Of a stretch of 64,000 bases of DNA, positions 62,552 to 64,000 are shown piece by piece. The DNA lies in contig OZ245335.1 in NCBI GenBank assembly GCA_965226235.1, forward strand, positions 1,066,375 through 1,130,374. Reading direction: 5' to 3'. Both the position numbers and the translations under genes were made by a program. How positions within the stretch are numbered: position 1 is the stretch's first letter; each line of letters opens with the position of its first letter. The DNA comes from Candidatus Oxydemutatoraceae bacterium. GTDB taxonomy: Bacteria; Pseudomonadota; Gammaproteobacteria; Poriferisulfidales; Oxydemutatoraceae. The notes under the pieces are model-generated. The model made no database searches and was not told the DNA's origin. It saw only the letters and a list, made by a program, of their open reading frames with translations.

Positions 62552-63442
62552 TCACTCGATGTTCTGAATCTGCTCTCGCATCTGCTCGACCAGCGTCTTC
62601 GCATCGATGGCGATGTGCGCCGTTTCCGTGTCGGCAGATTTCGAGGAGATGGTGTTGATCTCGCGATGCATCTCCTGCATCAGGAAATCCAGACGTCTGC
62701 CGATCGGTTCCGAGCGCTTGAAGATGGCATTCAGTTCCTGTACGTGGCTGTCGCAGCGGTCGAGTTCTTCTTCTATGTCGGCGCCGATACAGAACTTTTG
62801 CGCGAGCAGCGTTGCCTCCTGTGCCATGCGTTGCGGATCGAGTCCGGTATCCACGCCGGCAAGTTTTTGGGAGAACCTTTCCCGTGCCGCCGCCAACACC
62901 GCTGGATAGCGGTGACGCAGCCTCGCGACAACCTCGGCAAGTTCATCGCAACGCGCCAGGATAAATTTTTCCAGTCTCGCCCCCTCCGCCTGCCGCGATC
63001 CGACCAGATCATCCAGCACCTGATCGAGCAACTCCAGCGCGTGCCCGCTTATCCGTAGCGGGTCGACCGACTCGACCATGCCGACAACACCACACCTCTT
63101 CACAACGTCAAGCAGCGAAGGCGGCGCCCATTGGAACCCTGCTTCGCGCAATAGCTCTGCGGCCCTGCCCATCTCCCGCGCGAGCGCGACCAGTGCTTCG
63201 TGATCGAACTTCGGAAACGCGGCCGCATTTTGTGGTTTCAAGTCAATCGTGCATTCGACTCGTCCACGAGCAAGTTTTGCGTGTATTTTCTTGTTGATAT
63301 CCGCATCGAGCGGTCGAAGAACCCCTGCCGTACGTAACGCCAGATCGAAGTAGCGATGGTTGAGCGTTTTGATTTCACAACCAAGAACGTTATCCTGCAC
63401 TATACGCTCACCGTGTGCATAGGCTGTCATGCTGCACGTCAT
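62552..63442 (-). CDS. yicC: YicC-family stress-induced protein
   Basis: N-terminal MTAYAHGE (compare E. coli MIRSMTAYARRE) and YicC-wide similarity. The start was chosen at MTCSMTAYAH. Confidence 0.8.
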   Translation of the reverse strand: MTCSMTAYAHGERIVQDNVLGCEIKTLNHRYFDLALRTAGVLRPLDADINKKIHAKLARGRVECTIDLKPQNAAAFPKFDHEALVALAREMGRAAELLREAGFQWAPPSLLDVVKRCGVVGMVESVDPLRISGHALELLDQVLDDLVGSRQAEGARLEKFILARCDELAEVVARLRHRYPAVLAAARERFSQKLAGVDTGLDPQRMAQEATLLAQKFCIGADIEEELDRCDSHVQELNAIFKRSEPIGRRLDFLMQEMHREINTISSKSADTETAHIAIDAKTLVEQMREQIQNIE

Positions 63443-63506
63443 ACCATTGCTCCAACTACAAACTTCACGCGCAGGGACTATACAGTAGAATGCCAGCATT
63501 GTTCTG

Positions 63507-64000
63507 ACGATCGTCGATGAGAAAAAACAAGCGAGCACCCGACGAGTTGCGGGAAATCAAGTTTACCCGTGCCTACACTCGATACGCTGAAGGTTCGGTG
63601 TTGGCCGAATGCGGCTGCACCCACGTGCTGTGCAACGCCAGCGTTGAAGACCGTGTGCCGGCATTCCTGAAAAACAGCGGTCGAGGGTGGATTACCGCCG
63701 AATACAGTCTGCTGCCGCGCTCGACGCATACACGGGTGCAGCGCGAAGCCGTCAGAGGTCGTCAACAAGGCCGGGTAATGGAAATCCAGCGTTTAATCGG
63801 GCGGGCGTTACGCTCGGTCGTGGATCTGGAAGCCTTGGGCGAGCGCTCGATCGTGCTTGACTGTGACGTGCTGCAAGCCGACGGCGGCACTCGCGTCGCC
63901 GCGATCAACGGGGCATTTATCGCGTTGCGGGATGCCGTAGATCACCTGCTGAACAGCAACAAATTAAAGCAAAACCCGCTTCACGGCATGGTGGCCGCCA
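63507..64000 (+). CDS. rph: Ribonuclease PH (5' part; the gene runs past the window end)
   Basis: [29 protein letters not shown]...[14 protein letters not shown] is highly similar to E. coli Rph. Confidence 0.85.

Overview
The window is ~64 kb of a moderately GC-rich proteobacterial chromosome. Housekeeping genes sit in Pseudomonas-like neighbourhoods: polA 3' end, pyrB-pyrC', yggS, ponA/aroK/aroB/gltB/gltD/hemE, rpsU, dnaG-rpoD followed by an ileX-like tRNA(CAU), metXW, cysQ, tRNA-Phe, yggX-mutY, asmA, moaCD, degQ, hsp20, glnK-amtB, yicC and rph. Embedded in this backbone, on the 3' side of the tRNA(CAU), is an accessory defence island. It holds a complete type II-C CRISPR-Cas locus: cas9 (1044 aa, RuvC and HNH motifs intact), cas1, cas2, and an array of 18 x 36-bp repeats with 17 spacers of about 30 bp. 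The island also carries a type I R-M system in decay (hsdM intact, hsdS and hsdR frameshifted, plus an AlbA_2-type gene), an IS3-family element with a 3-bp target duplication, and a 378-aa protein of unknown function. Elsewhere there are an IS1595-family transposase beside an AT-rich membrane-protein gene, an AT-rich ABC exporter gene between polA and pyrB, several glycosyltransferase and carbamoyltransferase genes, and a transposase remnant.

The most interesting observation is the tracrRNA locus just upstream of cas9. A 23-nt anti-repeat (1 mismatch) lies at 9658-9680. On the minus strand it is flanked by a near-consensus sigma70 promoter and an intrinsic terminator that would give a ~110-nt RNA. 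Canonical Cas9 geometry (spacer 5', repeat/anti-repeat duplex 3') instead requires a plus-strand tracrRNA that runs into the cas9 start codon. The array has no degenerate terminal repeat. An AT-rich leader-like block sits at the cas-distal end, and promoter-like motifs sit inside every repeat. The transcription direction of both array and tracrRNA therefore cannot be settled from sequence and deserves experimental attention. No non-CRISPR novel system could be securely identified. Coordinates read by eye from the sequence lines (tRNAs, repeats, IS ends) may be off by 1-2 nt.
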